Counted from the first letter of the stretch, positions 1-11,910 are shown. The stretch: DNA of 64,000 nt from Callorhinchus milii (GCF_018977255.1 NW_024704742.1:7938001-8002000), one strand, 5' to 3'. Program-made: numbers and translations. The notes: generated by a model not told the origin, from the letters alone.

Positions 1-215
1 AAAAGGGGAGAGGCGGGGGGAAGGCGGAGGGATTGAGGGAGAGTGTTCCTCAGTTTGGGGGCGTAGTGGCTGAAGGCGTGGCCTCTAATGGTGGGGCGGA
101 GGGTGAGAGAGACAAGCAAGAGGCCGGTGCCAGTCGAGCGGAGGCACTGGGTGGTGGATTGGGGAGCGAGGAGGTCAGAGAAGGAGGGAGGTGCCAGAGA
201 GTGAAGGGATTTGAA
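1..215 (-). mobile_element. L2 LINE 3' fragment (family B), cut by window edge
   Basis: Near-colinear with the L2 copy at 37545-37745 (gagggattgagggagagtgttcc...gtggctgaa...). Confidence 0.8.
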
Positions 216-433
216 ATAGTCAAAAAAAGACAAATTCATTTTCATTTTGACGCATAAAATAATTGTCCTTCAATAAAAGCTAAAGAGCAGGTCTCCAGCC
301 TTGAAAAAACACATCTGGCTGAGTCCTTAAAACACTGTATAAAGCATGGCATCTTTGTGCTTGTTTGTGGCGTTAAAACAAATAAGCAACAGATATTCAT
401 GAACAAAACACAAAATACTGCAGCTGGTACTCC

Positions 434-470
434 AGTTCTGACGAAGGGTCGTGGACCTGAAACGTTGACT
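434..470 (+). ncRNA. Minimal type-I hammerhead ribozyme core (Penelope-type)
   Basis: AGTT-CTGACGA(438-444)-AGGGTCGTGGACCT-GAAA(459-462)-CGTT-GACT: CUGANGA and GAAA boxes, stem II, palindromic ACGT stem III, GUU site, stem I AGUU/GACU. Confidence 0.6.
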
Positions 471-536
471 CACTTTCCTTTCTCCATAGATGCTGCCTGA
501 CTTGCTGAGCGTTCCCAGCTCTCTCTGTTTTTGTTT
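434..536 (+). mobile_element. Short Penelope-like terminal-repeat derivative
   Basis: Hammerhead core followed by tctccatagatgctgcctgacttgctg...; homologous inverted copy at 63540-63638. Confidence 0.6.
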
Positions 537-2138
537 AAGCAACAGATAATGTCGGTTACAATCAATCAATGGAAAGGCCTAACGTGGCTTGACACCGCAC
601 GCACAAAGCACGAGAACCGAGTTCACCAGCGACCAATTTTTTAACGTGTCAATAAACTGAGAGCTCGCCCGGCAGCCTGGGCTGTTTTGAGCGAGATGGG
701 GCCAGAAAGCAGTTTCAAGTATCAGGTTCACCTATCAGTTAAAGTTGGTAATCACCCCTCTGCCTGTCACACCCTTGGATGACTGTCGTTTAGGGTCGTC
801 TTATGGGTTGCCACCGTAATGAGACAATCAGAAGAGCAGCTGCAAGTGGTGCAATTTCAGTAACACGGACAGGGCCAACAGAGGATCACGGTTGCTGCCA
901 GCGAGCAAGACTCTATTATCTGGCTAAACTGGGACATTCATTATCTTCCATTGTAGTGTAATTCGGACTCAGTCAAGCTGTCTCTATCCCTTATATCCAC
1001 AATTCATAAGCCATAAATTAGCTGAGCATTGGTTTGTCCCATATGGCAGAGTTACCCGAGGTGAGGTAGAAGTATGAAGGAAATGAATGAGGCGTGAACT
1101 GCAGACTGTGGGTGAATTTCAAGTAGACACCTCATTACTCAGCGCCAGGCCTCAGGGGCTTGTGGCCCACTGCCCGCCTGATTTGGATTTTGCAGCCATT
1201 AACTTGTTATTTGTTCCAGTTCCAAGTATATTTTCTTATGGGGAAATGGACAAAGGGAACGGTTTGGTTGTTCACGCAGTTTCTTTTAAAGAGATGGGAT
1301 TGCGGTGTCAAACACAGTCTGGCTTTCACAAACTCAGAAGGCCTTTTTTTTCTTTCTGTTGCACGCTTTATGCGTAATTCACTGTCAAAGGCATTACAAA
1401 GTGGAGCTTTAGTCAACTAAAGCTCTATAATGGTCCGTTTGCAAGGCGACGTATAGGTCAGACCGCATGATGGTACTTTCTTCCATCCATCAACAGAAAG
1501 CAGTAAAAGTACACAGATATATTTAGCACAAGCTGAACAGTGGTTGACAACCCAGGTAACACGCCCATCTTCACATGTTCAAGAAATAAATTAAATTCAG
1601 GTTGTGTTACATTAGTGCTGTAAAAACACAGCAAGCATTTTTATTTATAGAAATTGCTTCAGCGTTTCAAATAACCTCTGATAAAGATTCATTGAAGACT
1701 GGAGACAATTGACAGGACCTGCGTGTGAATGTTTCCTCACTCTTTCCTCACTATCCAATCCCAGATATTAAGAAATTATGTTGTTTATGTGAGAGCCGCA
1801 AACAGCTGAATTGGAATCTCACATACAAAGCATTTCACTGAGACTTCAGGATCAATAGGTCAGTTTTGGTAGATTAGCTGAAAATGAGCCATTGCACCTT
1901 TGATATTCTCTTCCAGGTGTCTTATTTACTAATTAATTAAAAGAATATTGCACCACTGACACATAGCAGTTATTTCACACGGCAAAACGTCAGAGGTAAT
2001 TCATTTCGGATTAATTATCTGGCTATTCTCACTTATGCAATACTGTATGCTGTATATTAAATTGTAGATTCCGAATAAAATATTTTACAAGCCCTGTGTT
2101 TATTTACTGTGAGTTTGCTGTGCTGCAGGAGTTTAATG

Positions 2139-2400
2139 CAACAACAACAACAACAACAACAGCAAATTACACTTGTATAGCGCCTTTCATGTCGGGAGGA
2201 TTTCCCGAGGTGCTGGACATTCAGGGATCCACACCCGAGCTGGCGGTTGGGATCAGGAGGGTTAGAGGGCAGAGAGGGAGGGGATGGGAGGGTGATCAAA
2301 GGTGCGGTCGAATAGGAGGGTCTTGAGAAGGGCCTTGAAGGAGGCAGGGGAGGGGCTGAGGCAATGGGACTGTCGTTTGAAGTTCCAAAGGGTGGGGGCA
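2139..2400 (-). mobile_element. L2 LINE 3' end (family A) with (TTG)n tail
   Basis: (CAA)n run then gcgcctttcatgtcgggagg...; matches 25020-25385 and 15475-15710. Confidence 0.85.
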
Positions 2401-2739
2401 AATGCAGTATTTCAGGCGATTACAGCACTGAGTTTGAAATCAACAGCAATGTTAGTTAGACATGTGACTGAACTCGGGAATGCATTAAGACTCACCTAAC
2501 ATTTAGTGTGATTGCTTGACCAGCTGATAGAGGTACCGAGGTGCCCAGTCTCAAATAGGCACAAAAACAATTGGTTGAAAAAGGACATCCATCGAAACTT
2601 TTATTGTTTCTGACCTCAGTGCAAAGAAGTGGAAATAAATGCAGTAACATTGTAAGGAAAAAGTTCAAAGCACTGTTATTTTTAAGCTGTGACTTGCTCA
2701 TGTTGCTCTGTTCCTTTAAGACTCTCCAGTTTTGAGAGA

Positions 2740-3065
2740 AGATGACTCAGAGGTGTGTGACATTTTAAATGGGATTGAAAAAGGAAACTCATAACAATAG
2801 TTTAGGATGCACCAAAACAATACAAGACAACATAGGTTTAGAGTTGTGAAGGGCCATTTCTCGATACACACCAGGAAGTTTTTTCTTTACTCAAATAATT
2901 AACAACTGGAACAGGTTGCCAGGTAGAGTGGTAGTGGCCAGGACACTGCACTCATTTAAAAAAAGAGCTTGATGCTGTGATGGGAGGTGGTAGCTTGGGT
3001 GTTCTGGACAGATGAGATTAAATGGATCGAAAGGCCTTCATCATCCAAACCAATCTTGTGAGCTT
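2740..3065 (+). mobile_element. CR1 LINE 3' fragment
   Basis: ttctttactcaa...aactggaacaggttgccag...gtggtagtggcc...tttaaaaaaagagcttgat: degenerate CR1 ORF2 C-terminus (FF.QR...WN.LP..VV.A...FK..LD). Confidence 0.75.
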
Positions 3066-3230
3066 GTGATTACGTACAGGGAAACTTGCATGAGCCAGCC
3101 CAAGTACATGAGATATCTGACACAATTACAGGTTAGGGAAAGCGATCTTCTCATCTGATGTTGTATTTGAACTGCAGATGATACCTAACATGGGAGCATC
3201 TATTTTGTAGTGGCAACATATGTGATGATA

Positions 3231-3358
3231 CATTGGCTACCGGATTTCGCCCAAAAAATATACAGTCAATTTACTTTGCAGTATATTCTGCGAATTGCTT
3301 TGAGACCTCTCGAAGTCATGATAAGATGCTACATCAAATGCAAGGATTATTATTATTA
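3231..3358 (+). mobile_element. SINE 3' tail fragment
   Basis: cagtcaatttactttgcagt...caaatgcaaggattattatt tail shared by all SINE copies here. Confidence 0.8.
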
Positions 3359-3624
3359 TGATATCCCCAAATTAAGTTACTACACTGGCCTCATAAACAG
3401 TTACATAGATATTAGTTGTTCTTCCCCTTCAATTGATGAACAATGTACATAAAAACAACATATTTCCTGAATCTTAATTATGGGCTCACCTTTGCTCTAG
3501 TTCCTTCTCAGGAAGGTGGTGAAAGCTGTGCTCTTAATGGTAAATGGATGATCCAAACCTTTTTCATGTTGCTCACTAACAGACACAGAAATGAAGGAAG
3601 AGTCTCCATGCATCCTTTCACAAT

Positions 3625-3790
3625 GATAATAATAATAATAATCCTTGCATTTGTTATAGTGCCTTATCACATCTTCTAGAAGTCTCAAAGAACTTCACAG
3701 CATATACTGTAAAGTGAATTGACTCTATATTTTGTGGATGAAATGCGGCAGCCAATTGAAAACAGCAGTGTCCCACAAACAGCCATGAAA
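3625..3790 (-). mobile_element. SINE 3' tail fragment (older)
   Basis: Reverse complement of the SINE tail with (TAA)n; paralogous to 4097-4250. Confidence 0.8.
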
Positions 3791-3819
3791 GACCATTGAG
3801 CTGCATTTAACAGAACTGT

Positions 3820-3978
3820 AAATCCACGACTGTTTGTGGGACATTGCTGTGCGCAATTGGCTGCCGCGTTCGCCCATAAGTATACAGTCAATTCACTTTA
3901 CAGTATATTCTGTGAAGCGCTTTGGGAGGTCTAGAAGACGTGAAAAGCGCTATATCAAATGCAAGGATTATTATTATT
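3820..3978 (+). mobile_element. 5'-truncated young SINE with TAAATC target-site duplication
   Basis: Near-consensus 3' half flanked by TAAATC at 3819-3824 and 3978-3983. Confidence 0.9.
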
Positions 3979-4786
3979 AAATCAGAGCCATGGGCGTGAA
4001 ATCTGTGACATTTTTTAAATGACAATTATCACAATACATCAATGGCGATTTTAAAAAATATTTTTAAAATATGATACCAATTGACGGAAGCAGAAGAATC
4101 CTTGCATTTGATATAGCACCCTTGATTTTGAGATGGTATCTCAGTGCGCTCCACAGGATTTTATTGTAAGGTGTAGTGAATGGGTATTTTGTAGGCAAAC
4201 ACAGCAACCAATTTGTGCACAGTAATGTTCCATAAACAGCTACAAAGTGAATGATCATTGAGATGCATCTAACAGTACTGTAAATCAGAGATATGGGAGT
4301 GAAATTTGTGACATTTTATAACAGATTTGAAATGATAATTATCACAATACATTAATGGCAATTTTAAAATATATATATCACTTTTATAATTTTAAACAAT
4401 AGAATATAACTTTTGCATTTTATTTCGTAAAATTCCGATGTCAAGTTTGCTATTTGGTGTTAACAATTAAATGCTGGGGAATAGTTAACTCTCAGTGAAT
4501 TACATGACTGTATTTAAACTGGGGGAGAGGAGTAAGAGTACTTCTGAATAGCAGCCAAACTGTACCATTGAATTACAGTCTTGAATCATTTTTTTACAGG
4601 AGAGGTTACTGTTTCACAGTGATACAGTATAGGCAGCTGAGTGCAGTTAGACTATAAAAGCCCATTAAATTGCTGTAAGGCTAATAAAGCTAATTCTGAC
4701 TTTCAATCAGACAGTCAGTACAGTATGTAGCATCATGGAACAGTTCCTGTGGAATTTGCAATGTGAACTGAAACATTATAGAAGGG

Positions 4787-5003
4787 GAGAAATTCCATCT
4801 GTGTCCAGCTTCACTCTATTTCTGTCACCTTTCTGAGCATCCAGAATTTGGCAGATGCTTAACCATGGCCTTAATTTTTAAGCTTTTTTTTGGTTCAAAA
4901 TTTTCTAAGTCAAAGTTAAGACAGAATTCTACAATTTGCCAAATTCTGCACATTCTAAAATAACACAGAAATAGAGTAAATCTAGACACTGGTGGAATTT
5001 CTC
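4787..5003. mobile_element. Fold-back/MITE-like palindromic element
   Basis: Perfect 11-bp termini GAGAAATTCCA / TGGAATTTCTC; arms remain complementary inward; homologous to 62820-63054. Confidence 0.7.
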
Positions 5004-5749
5004 GCTGTTAGTTGCATGTGTGTGGGGAGTGTGGGGGGGTGTTGGGGGGATGACATATGAACGGTGGCTGATTTCCTGGCCTGACTAGTGTATTCTTAAC
5101 AACAGTCATGTGAACTCATGGACCCTGAACAGCAACCTCTGTCTCTCAGGCATCAACGTGATTTTCTTTCTGTGTTTCGCCCGATCTGCTGCAAAGTGAC
5201 ACTTTGTGAAAAGACAGCGAGTATCTTGAAGTTGGGCTTCCTGTTCAAAGTCATGAAATGTTATTATTTTACTGTAACTCAGACAGTGCAAAGAAAGCCT
5301 AGGAGACTGCTTTAACACTGGACAGAGCAGCCATCAATGTGGAGTGTGGCTTGAATCTTTGTCAGGTATATTAATATATTAATATTCTGCGTTGGCAGAA
5401 GGGACCTCTCCATAGTGTGGGTTTATGTCTAGCAATGGTTGACAAGAAGTCCAAGTAGAGCATTTTGGCAGAGACCCTTTTACAAATCATCTTTCAGTTG
5501 ACACCTTGTCAAGTCGCTTGATACACTCAAAGTCATGTGAATTGCAGCTACTGCAATAGGACTGTTTAAATAACCTATGTCAACAGTTATTTGAACGAAA
5601 CATTTATGGGACTGAGGCAGCATTCTGGGGGCTTTGGAAAATACATTCTGGGCAAAGGGCACATTGCTTTCTGAATTTCCCATCCTCACTTCCTCTGGAT
5701 AAGTGCCCATGCTCCACACTGGGCCTCACCGATGCAGGCATGATTCAGA

Positions 5750-5866
5750 TAATAATCATCATCATAATAATAACCCTTGCATTTGAAACAGCGCCCTCTT
5801 CGAGACGTCTCAAAGCGCTTCACAGGATATACTGTAGAGTGAATTGACCGAATATTTTGTGGGCAG
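5750..5866 (-). mobile_element. SINE 3' tail fragment
   Basis: Reverse-complement tail ...gagacgtctcaaagcgcttcacagg... Confidence 0.8.
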
Positions 5867-6025
5867 ATAAAGGGAAACGGCAGGCACACAGTTGCATTGC
5901 ATGCTCAACATCATGGGGCAACATGGCAACACTCCCTCAGCAAAGCACCAACAACACGGGTGAAATGTACCAACTGAGTCTGGATTTACTCTATGTACAT
6001 AGCTTTTCAAAAATTGAAAACCCTA

Positions 6026-6233
6026 GCAGCCAATTGCGCACAGCAATGTCCCACAAACAGTCATAGATTGAAAATGACCAATTTAATTATTGTTTTTGTT
6101 TTTTGGAGTGATTATTATTAGGCTCTGTGTGGAGTAAGGAAACTTGCCCAAGGTTTCGCCCTCTGCCTGGAATTGAACTCAGGTCTCTCGCTTGCAAAGC
6201 GAGTGCTCTAACCACTGAGCTACAGGACTCCAC
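6026..6233 (-). mobile_element. tRNA-Ala-headed CORE-like SINE, short subfamily (5' part)
   Basis: Head GTGGAGTCCTGTAGCTCAGTGGTTAGAGC (A box) and GAGTTCAATTCC (B box) on the minus strand; near-identical to the 5' part of 17730-18050. Confidence 0.9.
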
Positions 6234-6550
6234 TGTCCTACAAACAGCCACAAAGTGAAGTCAATTCTATCTGGATTGGGAGGGGATTGTTTTTCAGGAG
6301 AAAGACACGAGGAGAAAGTCCCTTCTCTTTTCAAATACGAGTATGAGATATTTAATGTCCATTTGAACCGGCAGACTGGATTGTAGTTTCTTTCATCTGA
6401 ACAGCACCTCCAACAATGCAGCACACCCCAGCGTTGCATTGGAGGGGTAGCCACCCTGGACTACATGTGTTCCAAGTTCCAACGTGGAGCTTGAATCCAT
6501 AACCTTCTGACTCAGAGGCGAGAATGCTACCGACTGAGCCAGGCTGACAC
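6234..6550 (-). mobile_element. Deu-domain SINE (SacSINE1/AmnSINE1-like)
   Basis: Minus strand: gtcagcctggctcagtcggtagc tRNA-like head, then gtgtgctgcattgttggaggtgctgttcagatgaaag Deu-like core. Confidence 0.7.
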
Positions 6551-7814
6551 CTCGCCTGACACCTGCAAATTCTTTCAAGATTTAGAGGAAACCAAATTAA
6601 AAGTTAAAATGAAATTCAACAATTTCCCACTGATCTAGACAAAGGTAAATATTTACCCTAACAGTCTCTCTTTTGATGGAACAAATCATTTGTATGGTCT
6701 CTCACGAATCCTGTCTGTTTGTTGAGTGAATTTATCTCCAGTGCTTTAGCAACATAAAATATTGAATATAAAATGACATTCTAAATTTAAAGTAAAATTA
6801 TTCAATCAACAGATTTATTTGCAATTGCTCATCAACAAAGGGAGAAGGTTTGTGTGGAAGCAGAAGGCAGGAAAATTGGATTAAAAGATCTGCCATTTTT
6901 TTCGTAAACCACGTGTTTGTCGCATCAGAAATCCATTATCGTGCTTAAGAGTATCCAAACCAGACTGAGAGTTCCACCTGCATGTCACCTGCACATGGAA
7001 ATGTCCCTGTGTTTGGAATGGATTGTGCACTCATTCCCTGAAGGGACCACACCTATTTAGAAGAATATTTAGCCCAGGTTGGCTGCGGGACTCCAGACGG
7101 TCCGCCAGCTTGTGCTGGCATTTAATCACCACCATTGATAAAGTGCTTCTCTGGCAAGCTTTGCCCCTGCTGTCCAGCAAGAACGACTCTACCCGACTGG
7201 GCTTTGGCTTGCAGGGTTAACAGGATCTGAGTGGAAAGAATCCTTGTTCCTAGTGATCAGTTTGCCCCCTACATGTCCTGCTGGTTAATCAGACAGACTG
7301 TGCTGTCATCAGCCGTGCCCTGGAATACTGCAGACCCGCCTGGTTCAGGAACCAGATTGTCGAGACTGCCACAGAGGGATGGCTCGATTCTGACATTCAA
7401 TTGCCAAGCCTGTCACCTTGGAGCCAGCTCAGCTTATCTTTCCCATCCTCAAAGAAGATAGTCATAAACAAAAAATAGCATTATAGGCCAAGCCTAGATG
7501 TAAGTTCAGGCCTCTGGATTGAAAGGGGGTAACAATTACCCTTTGCATTTATTTTAATTTCCGAAAAGAATCACACGTCACTATTTTTCAACGCTAAAAC
7601 ATTTATTTGTTTTTCCACGCACGGATTTAAAGCATCGGCAAGTAAGATGAGGGCTTTAAAACTTACCCGAGGCACAGAACTTTATAGGATCATCCCTCAG
7701 AAGTGCCAGAAGCTCGGTAGCCTGATGGTGTGGTGGACAGAGTTACAGGTTGTAGACTCAGAGGTCATTCAAACAGGGTAAGGGGGGGGTGGGTGGGAGG
7801 GGAAACCTTTTCAG

Positions 7815-8190
7815 TAGAATGTTTGCCAATAGGGTTTTCGGCTCCTGATCTCTTTACAGTATCCACACAAGTGAGTTGTTCTACTAGAAATCTCACGTTG
7901 GTACGTCCTCCCGATGTGCATATACAAATGTAATTTGTTGTTGCTTGTTTGTGTGTGTGTGTGTATGTGTGTGTGTGTGTGTGTCAGTTGGGTGAGGAGT
8001 GGCCAAGTTCAGGTGTGATGCCCTCTATCATTGAGTGGCCTGTCAACACTCACTGTCAAATGAGCGAGTGAAATGCGAATAATAGCCACTTGAGCAAGGA
8101 ATCGGAAGGCGACAGGTATCTCTGGGCTCGTCATCCTAGCACAATGAGGCCAGAGTATGAGCACAGAATAGGAGAAAAAATGAGAAAGTA
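7815..8190 (+). mobile_element. Ancient AmnSINE2/UCON3-like SINE relic, interrupted by an L2 tail and (TG)n
   Basis: agggttttcggctcctgatc ... gggtgagg ... tgtgatgccctc ... caacactcactgtc ... aatagccacttgagcaagg; matches recalled consensus and copies at 39270 and 49010. Confidence 0.55.
7950..7984. repeat. (TG)n microsatellite
   Basis: Direct inspection. Confidence 0.95.
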
Positions 8191-8839
8191 ATTGGACGCA
8201 CACTAACTTTTTTGAAACATTAGTGCGGGAAACAGAATTGAAATTTCGAGCAGATTTCTTGTGTTTACACAGGACAAGAGACTGGAAATTTCTCATAGCG
8301 CTGAAGCTGTCATGAGACATACCAATAGGAAATTGGACAAACAGCTTTGTTCAGCTGCAGATGGAAACTCATTAGATTGGAATTTGCTTTAGTCTCCTTT
8401 AATGAGTTTATGTTTTGGTGTTGAGACCGGCCAACTCTGCTTTGGCATCTCTGGCTACCCCCAAAAAAAACATTCGATTGAAGTGCGTACAATGCAAGTT
8501 CAGAAGATTCAGCGGTTGGGAGATTAGTGAGTTCAGTTCAGGAGGCACTTAAGCATGACATGAATGACGCAGGAAGATTCATCAAGCTGGCAGAGTGCAG
8601 GATCCTGTGGGAAAGCAGAGCTCGGTAAACTCTCGGACAGCAACTCAACAGATCAGTTGGAACGTCATTTCTCATTGCACTCGGATTCATCAGTCTTTGC
8701 ATCTGAAGCCATATATCGCACAGGCACGTTTATTAAATATTAAAGCAGCTTATCGTTCTTTTAAAATCTATGTTTCTTTTTTCTCTCCTGTGCGCGTCAC
8801 ATCATAATATAATATAATTTAATAATAATAATCAAAAGA

Positions 8840-9022
8840 TAATAATAATGATCTAACCACTCAATCCCACGACTGTTTGTGGGACACTGCTGGGTGACAG
8901 TGGATGCTGCGTTTGGCCCACAAAATATACAGTCAATTCACTTGGTGAAGCTACGGTGAAGCTCTTTGAGACGTCTAGAAGACGTGATATGGCAATACCA
9001 AGTGCAAGGACTATTATTATTA
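8840..9022 (+). mobile_element. SINE 3' half
   Basis: cactcaatcccacgactgtttgtgggacactgc...gagacgtctagaagacgtg... Confidence 0.85.
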
Positions 9023-9291
9023 TTCAAGGAAGAAAGGGGAGAGGGAAGCAGTGGAAAAGTATACAAGGAAACTGATCCCCTTGTCACTGTTAAAGCAAAT
9101 ATTTATGATGTTCATATGTAGGGGGTTGGTAACTTATTTGGTGAGTTCTTCACTCTCTCTCCTCCACCGGCACTGGATCCAATTCCAGCCTCGATCGTGA
9201 GCTCAAAGTCCGGACATGGGGCTTGAACCCTCAACCTTCTGAGCTAGAGTTGAACAAATTCAGTAACTAATTTGAAGGTAATTCTTTAACC

Positions 9292-9610
9292 CAGTGTGCC
9301 AGCAGCGATAGCACTCTCAGCTCTGAGTCAGAAGGTTGTGGCGCAGGGCTTGGAATCACATCATCTAAGCTGACACTCCAATGCAGTGCTGGGGGGACGT
9401 GTTGCATTGTCAGAGGTGCTGTCCTTCAGCTGAAACGTTAAATTGAGGTCCCATCTGGCACTATTCGAGAAGGGAAAGGCATTTTTTCCAGTGTCATGGC
9501 CAACAACCCCGCAAATAAAATTGGTCACTCACTCCGTGGGCCATTGCTGTGCAGTCTGGCTGCCGCATTTGCCAACAAAATACACTCACAAAGTGAAAAC
9601 ACTTCACAGC
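9292..9610 (+). mobile_element. Deu-domain SINE
   Basis: ctctgagtcagaaggttgtgg head; gcattgtcagaggtgctgtccttcagctgaaacgttaaattgaggtcccatctggcactattcgagaag core. Confidence 0.75.
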
Positions 9611-10255
9611 AGCAACAACAAAATGACATTTGTAAGACCCTTTTCACGTCGGGATTATACTAATAATTATAATCCTTGCATTTCATACAGCGTTGAAAAG
9701 GCGTTGAAAAGTCAGGGATCAGGAACCGAGCGTGTGGTGGTGGGGGGGCGGGGGGTGCGGAGGGGCAGGGTTGGTATGAGGGAGGGCAGAGGGGTGGGGT
9801 GGCATGGTCAAAAAGGAGGGTCTTGGGTTGTGCCTTGAGGGAGGCGAGGGAGGAAGCAAGGCGAAAGGACTGTGGGATGGAGTTCCAGAGTGTGGGGGCA
9901 GAGAGGCTGAAAGCCCGACCGCCGATGGTAAGGCGGGTCGGGCGGGAGACATGGACCAGGCCAGAGTCTGCTGAGCGGAGGGAGCAGACAGGTTGACAGG
10001 GAGTCAGCAGGTCAGAAATGTAGGAGGGGGCAAGGCCATGGAAGTGAGGCCAAGGTTTTGAATTCTATCCTCTGAGGGATGGAGAGCCAGTGGAGCCGGG
10101 CGAGGGTGGGGGTGATGAGGCCACGGAGCCTGGTGCAGGAGAGGACACAAGCTACAGAGCTCTGGGTGATCTGCAGCTTGCGGAGGGAAGAGCCAGGGAG
10201 GCCGACAAGGAGGGAGTTTCTGTAGTCGAGACTTGAGGTGACGAATGCACGTATA
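9610..10255 (-). mobile_element. L2 LINE 3' portion (family A)
   Basis: Minus strand degenerate FVTSSLDY.NSLLVGLP...LQITQSS.A...HWL; colinear with 28940-29440. Confidence 0.9.
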
Positions 10256-10445
10256 TCACCTGAAAGGGTAGTGGAAGCCGATTCAATAACAACTTTTAAG
10301 AGAGAAGTAGATGGGTATTTGGGGAGGACAGGTTTGCAGGGCTATGGAGAGAAAGTGGGCCAGTGGGATTGAGTTGGATTGCTCTTTAAGGAGCGGGCGC
10401 AGACACGATCGGCTGAATGGCCCGTATGATTCTATGATTCTATGA
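10256..10445 (+). mobile_element. CR1 LINE 3' end
   Basis: gtagtggaagcc...ttttaagagagaagtagat...ggctgaatggcc, ending in the (ATTCTATG)n CR1 terminal repeat. Confidence 0.85.
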
Positions 10446-11459
10446 TGTCCTGTGAAGCGCTTTGAAATGTCTCAACGATGTGATAAGGCGCTATATCAAA
10501 TGCAAGGATTATAATTGTTATTATTATTATGCCTTGTGTTATTTGTCTCTTGCCCCCCACCCCAAGCCCTGCACTAGGGACCTTGGTCCTCTACCTAGTT
10601 TCCTCAAATTAAAAAAAAATGAGATGACCCTCAAGCGAGCTCGGAGCCAGGGGATTCAGTTTGATGTTCGGGAGAAAAGTGTTTGAATGTATGAGAAGCT
10701 GACACCTCCCTGGGTGATAATAAAGTACTGCACTGTGAAATATATCAAGATATGCACTCTCCTTGGGGGTAGCTGTGTTTTTTCTCTTACCCTGTAGGAT
10801 TGAGGGCTATCTCCGCTGGAGAAGTTTGACAAGGATGCATTTCTCCTCCGAGGTTTGGAAATGTTTACTGCACCGACCATTTATGGTAGCTTTTTCCAAT
10901 GGATGTTTAACGCACAATTCTTTCAACGCACTGCTTTTGTGGTCCGTAATCACGGTGCCAAGCGTACATTATACTTTTTTTTATGTCCAGCAGTAATTTA
11001 CACAAAACAAAACAATCCTTCCAGACCGTATATCAAAATAATGATTCCGGGACTGTTAATGCAAAGTATTTAGGGACCATTAAACCAACTGCTGAAGAAA
11101 AAAAAAATGCTAAAGACATTCCCAAACTATATTTTTAGCGTTGCTGAGGGGGATCGGAGTTAGGTTAGTGCACCATGATTTCTTATCCACACGTTTAAAT
11201 GTCACTGAACAACCATAATCATAGTTTCCAGCACCGCAGCTGTCTGAAACTCGGTTGTGGAAATTAATTCCAGTTTCTTTCCACTATAAAATACACCATC
11301 AATGCACTTTACAGTATACCAGTGAAGCGCTATAAAATGGAGTAAGAAGAAAGTACTAACCCTGATGTCACTGTAACCTACAGTCATGTGCTTACCCTAA
11401 CAAAATATCCTCTGCATTTTAAATAGTTACGTACAGTGTGTTATACGTATATATCTACA

Positions 11460-11660
11460 CAGACTGTACAGCATGGAAACAGGCCATTCAGCCAAGCTTG
11501 GCTCTGCTGGTGTTTATACTCCACATATGCCCTTACCCCTCCTTCTCCCCTCCACACATCCCTCTATTCCCTTTCCCTCGTATACTCATCAAGTTTTCTC
11601 TTAAACGCATTGATGTTTTTTGCTTCAACCACAGTTTCCGGTTGTGAATTCCACATCCTT
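11460..11660 (-). mobile_element. CR1 LINE 3' end
   Basis: acagcatggaaacaggccattcagcc...tgcttcaaccac...gaattccaca: reverse complement of the CR1 3' terminus. Confidence 0.75.
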
Positions 11661-11664
11661 TGTG

Positions 11665-11910
11665 TGTCAGCGTGGCTTAGTAGCAGCACTCTTACCTCTG
11701 AATCAGAAGGTTTTGAGTCCAAATCCCACGTCGGGAATTGAAATCATATAGTCTAAGCTCACACCCCAGTGCAGTGTTGGGAGGGGTCGCATTGTGGGAG
11801 GTGGCATCTTCGGATGAGACGTTAAACTGAGGTCCCATCTGTCGGCTAAAGATCGCATGGCACCATTCGAAAAGTGAAGAGAATTAGCCAACAATCCCAC
11901 AAGTAAAATC
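11665..11910 (+). mobile_element. Deu-domain SINE (5' and core)
   Basis: ggaggtggcatcttcggatgagacgttaaactgaggtcccatctgtcggctaaagatcgcatggcaccattcgaa closely fits the Deu core. Confidence 0.8.

Noticed and set aside
10798..10852. Possible 55-nt exon (tttctcttaccctgtag|...gag|gtttgg)
   Set aside because: Good acceptor but weak donor; peptide IEGYLRWRSLTRMHFSSE not recognised; no partner exons.
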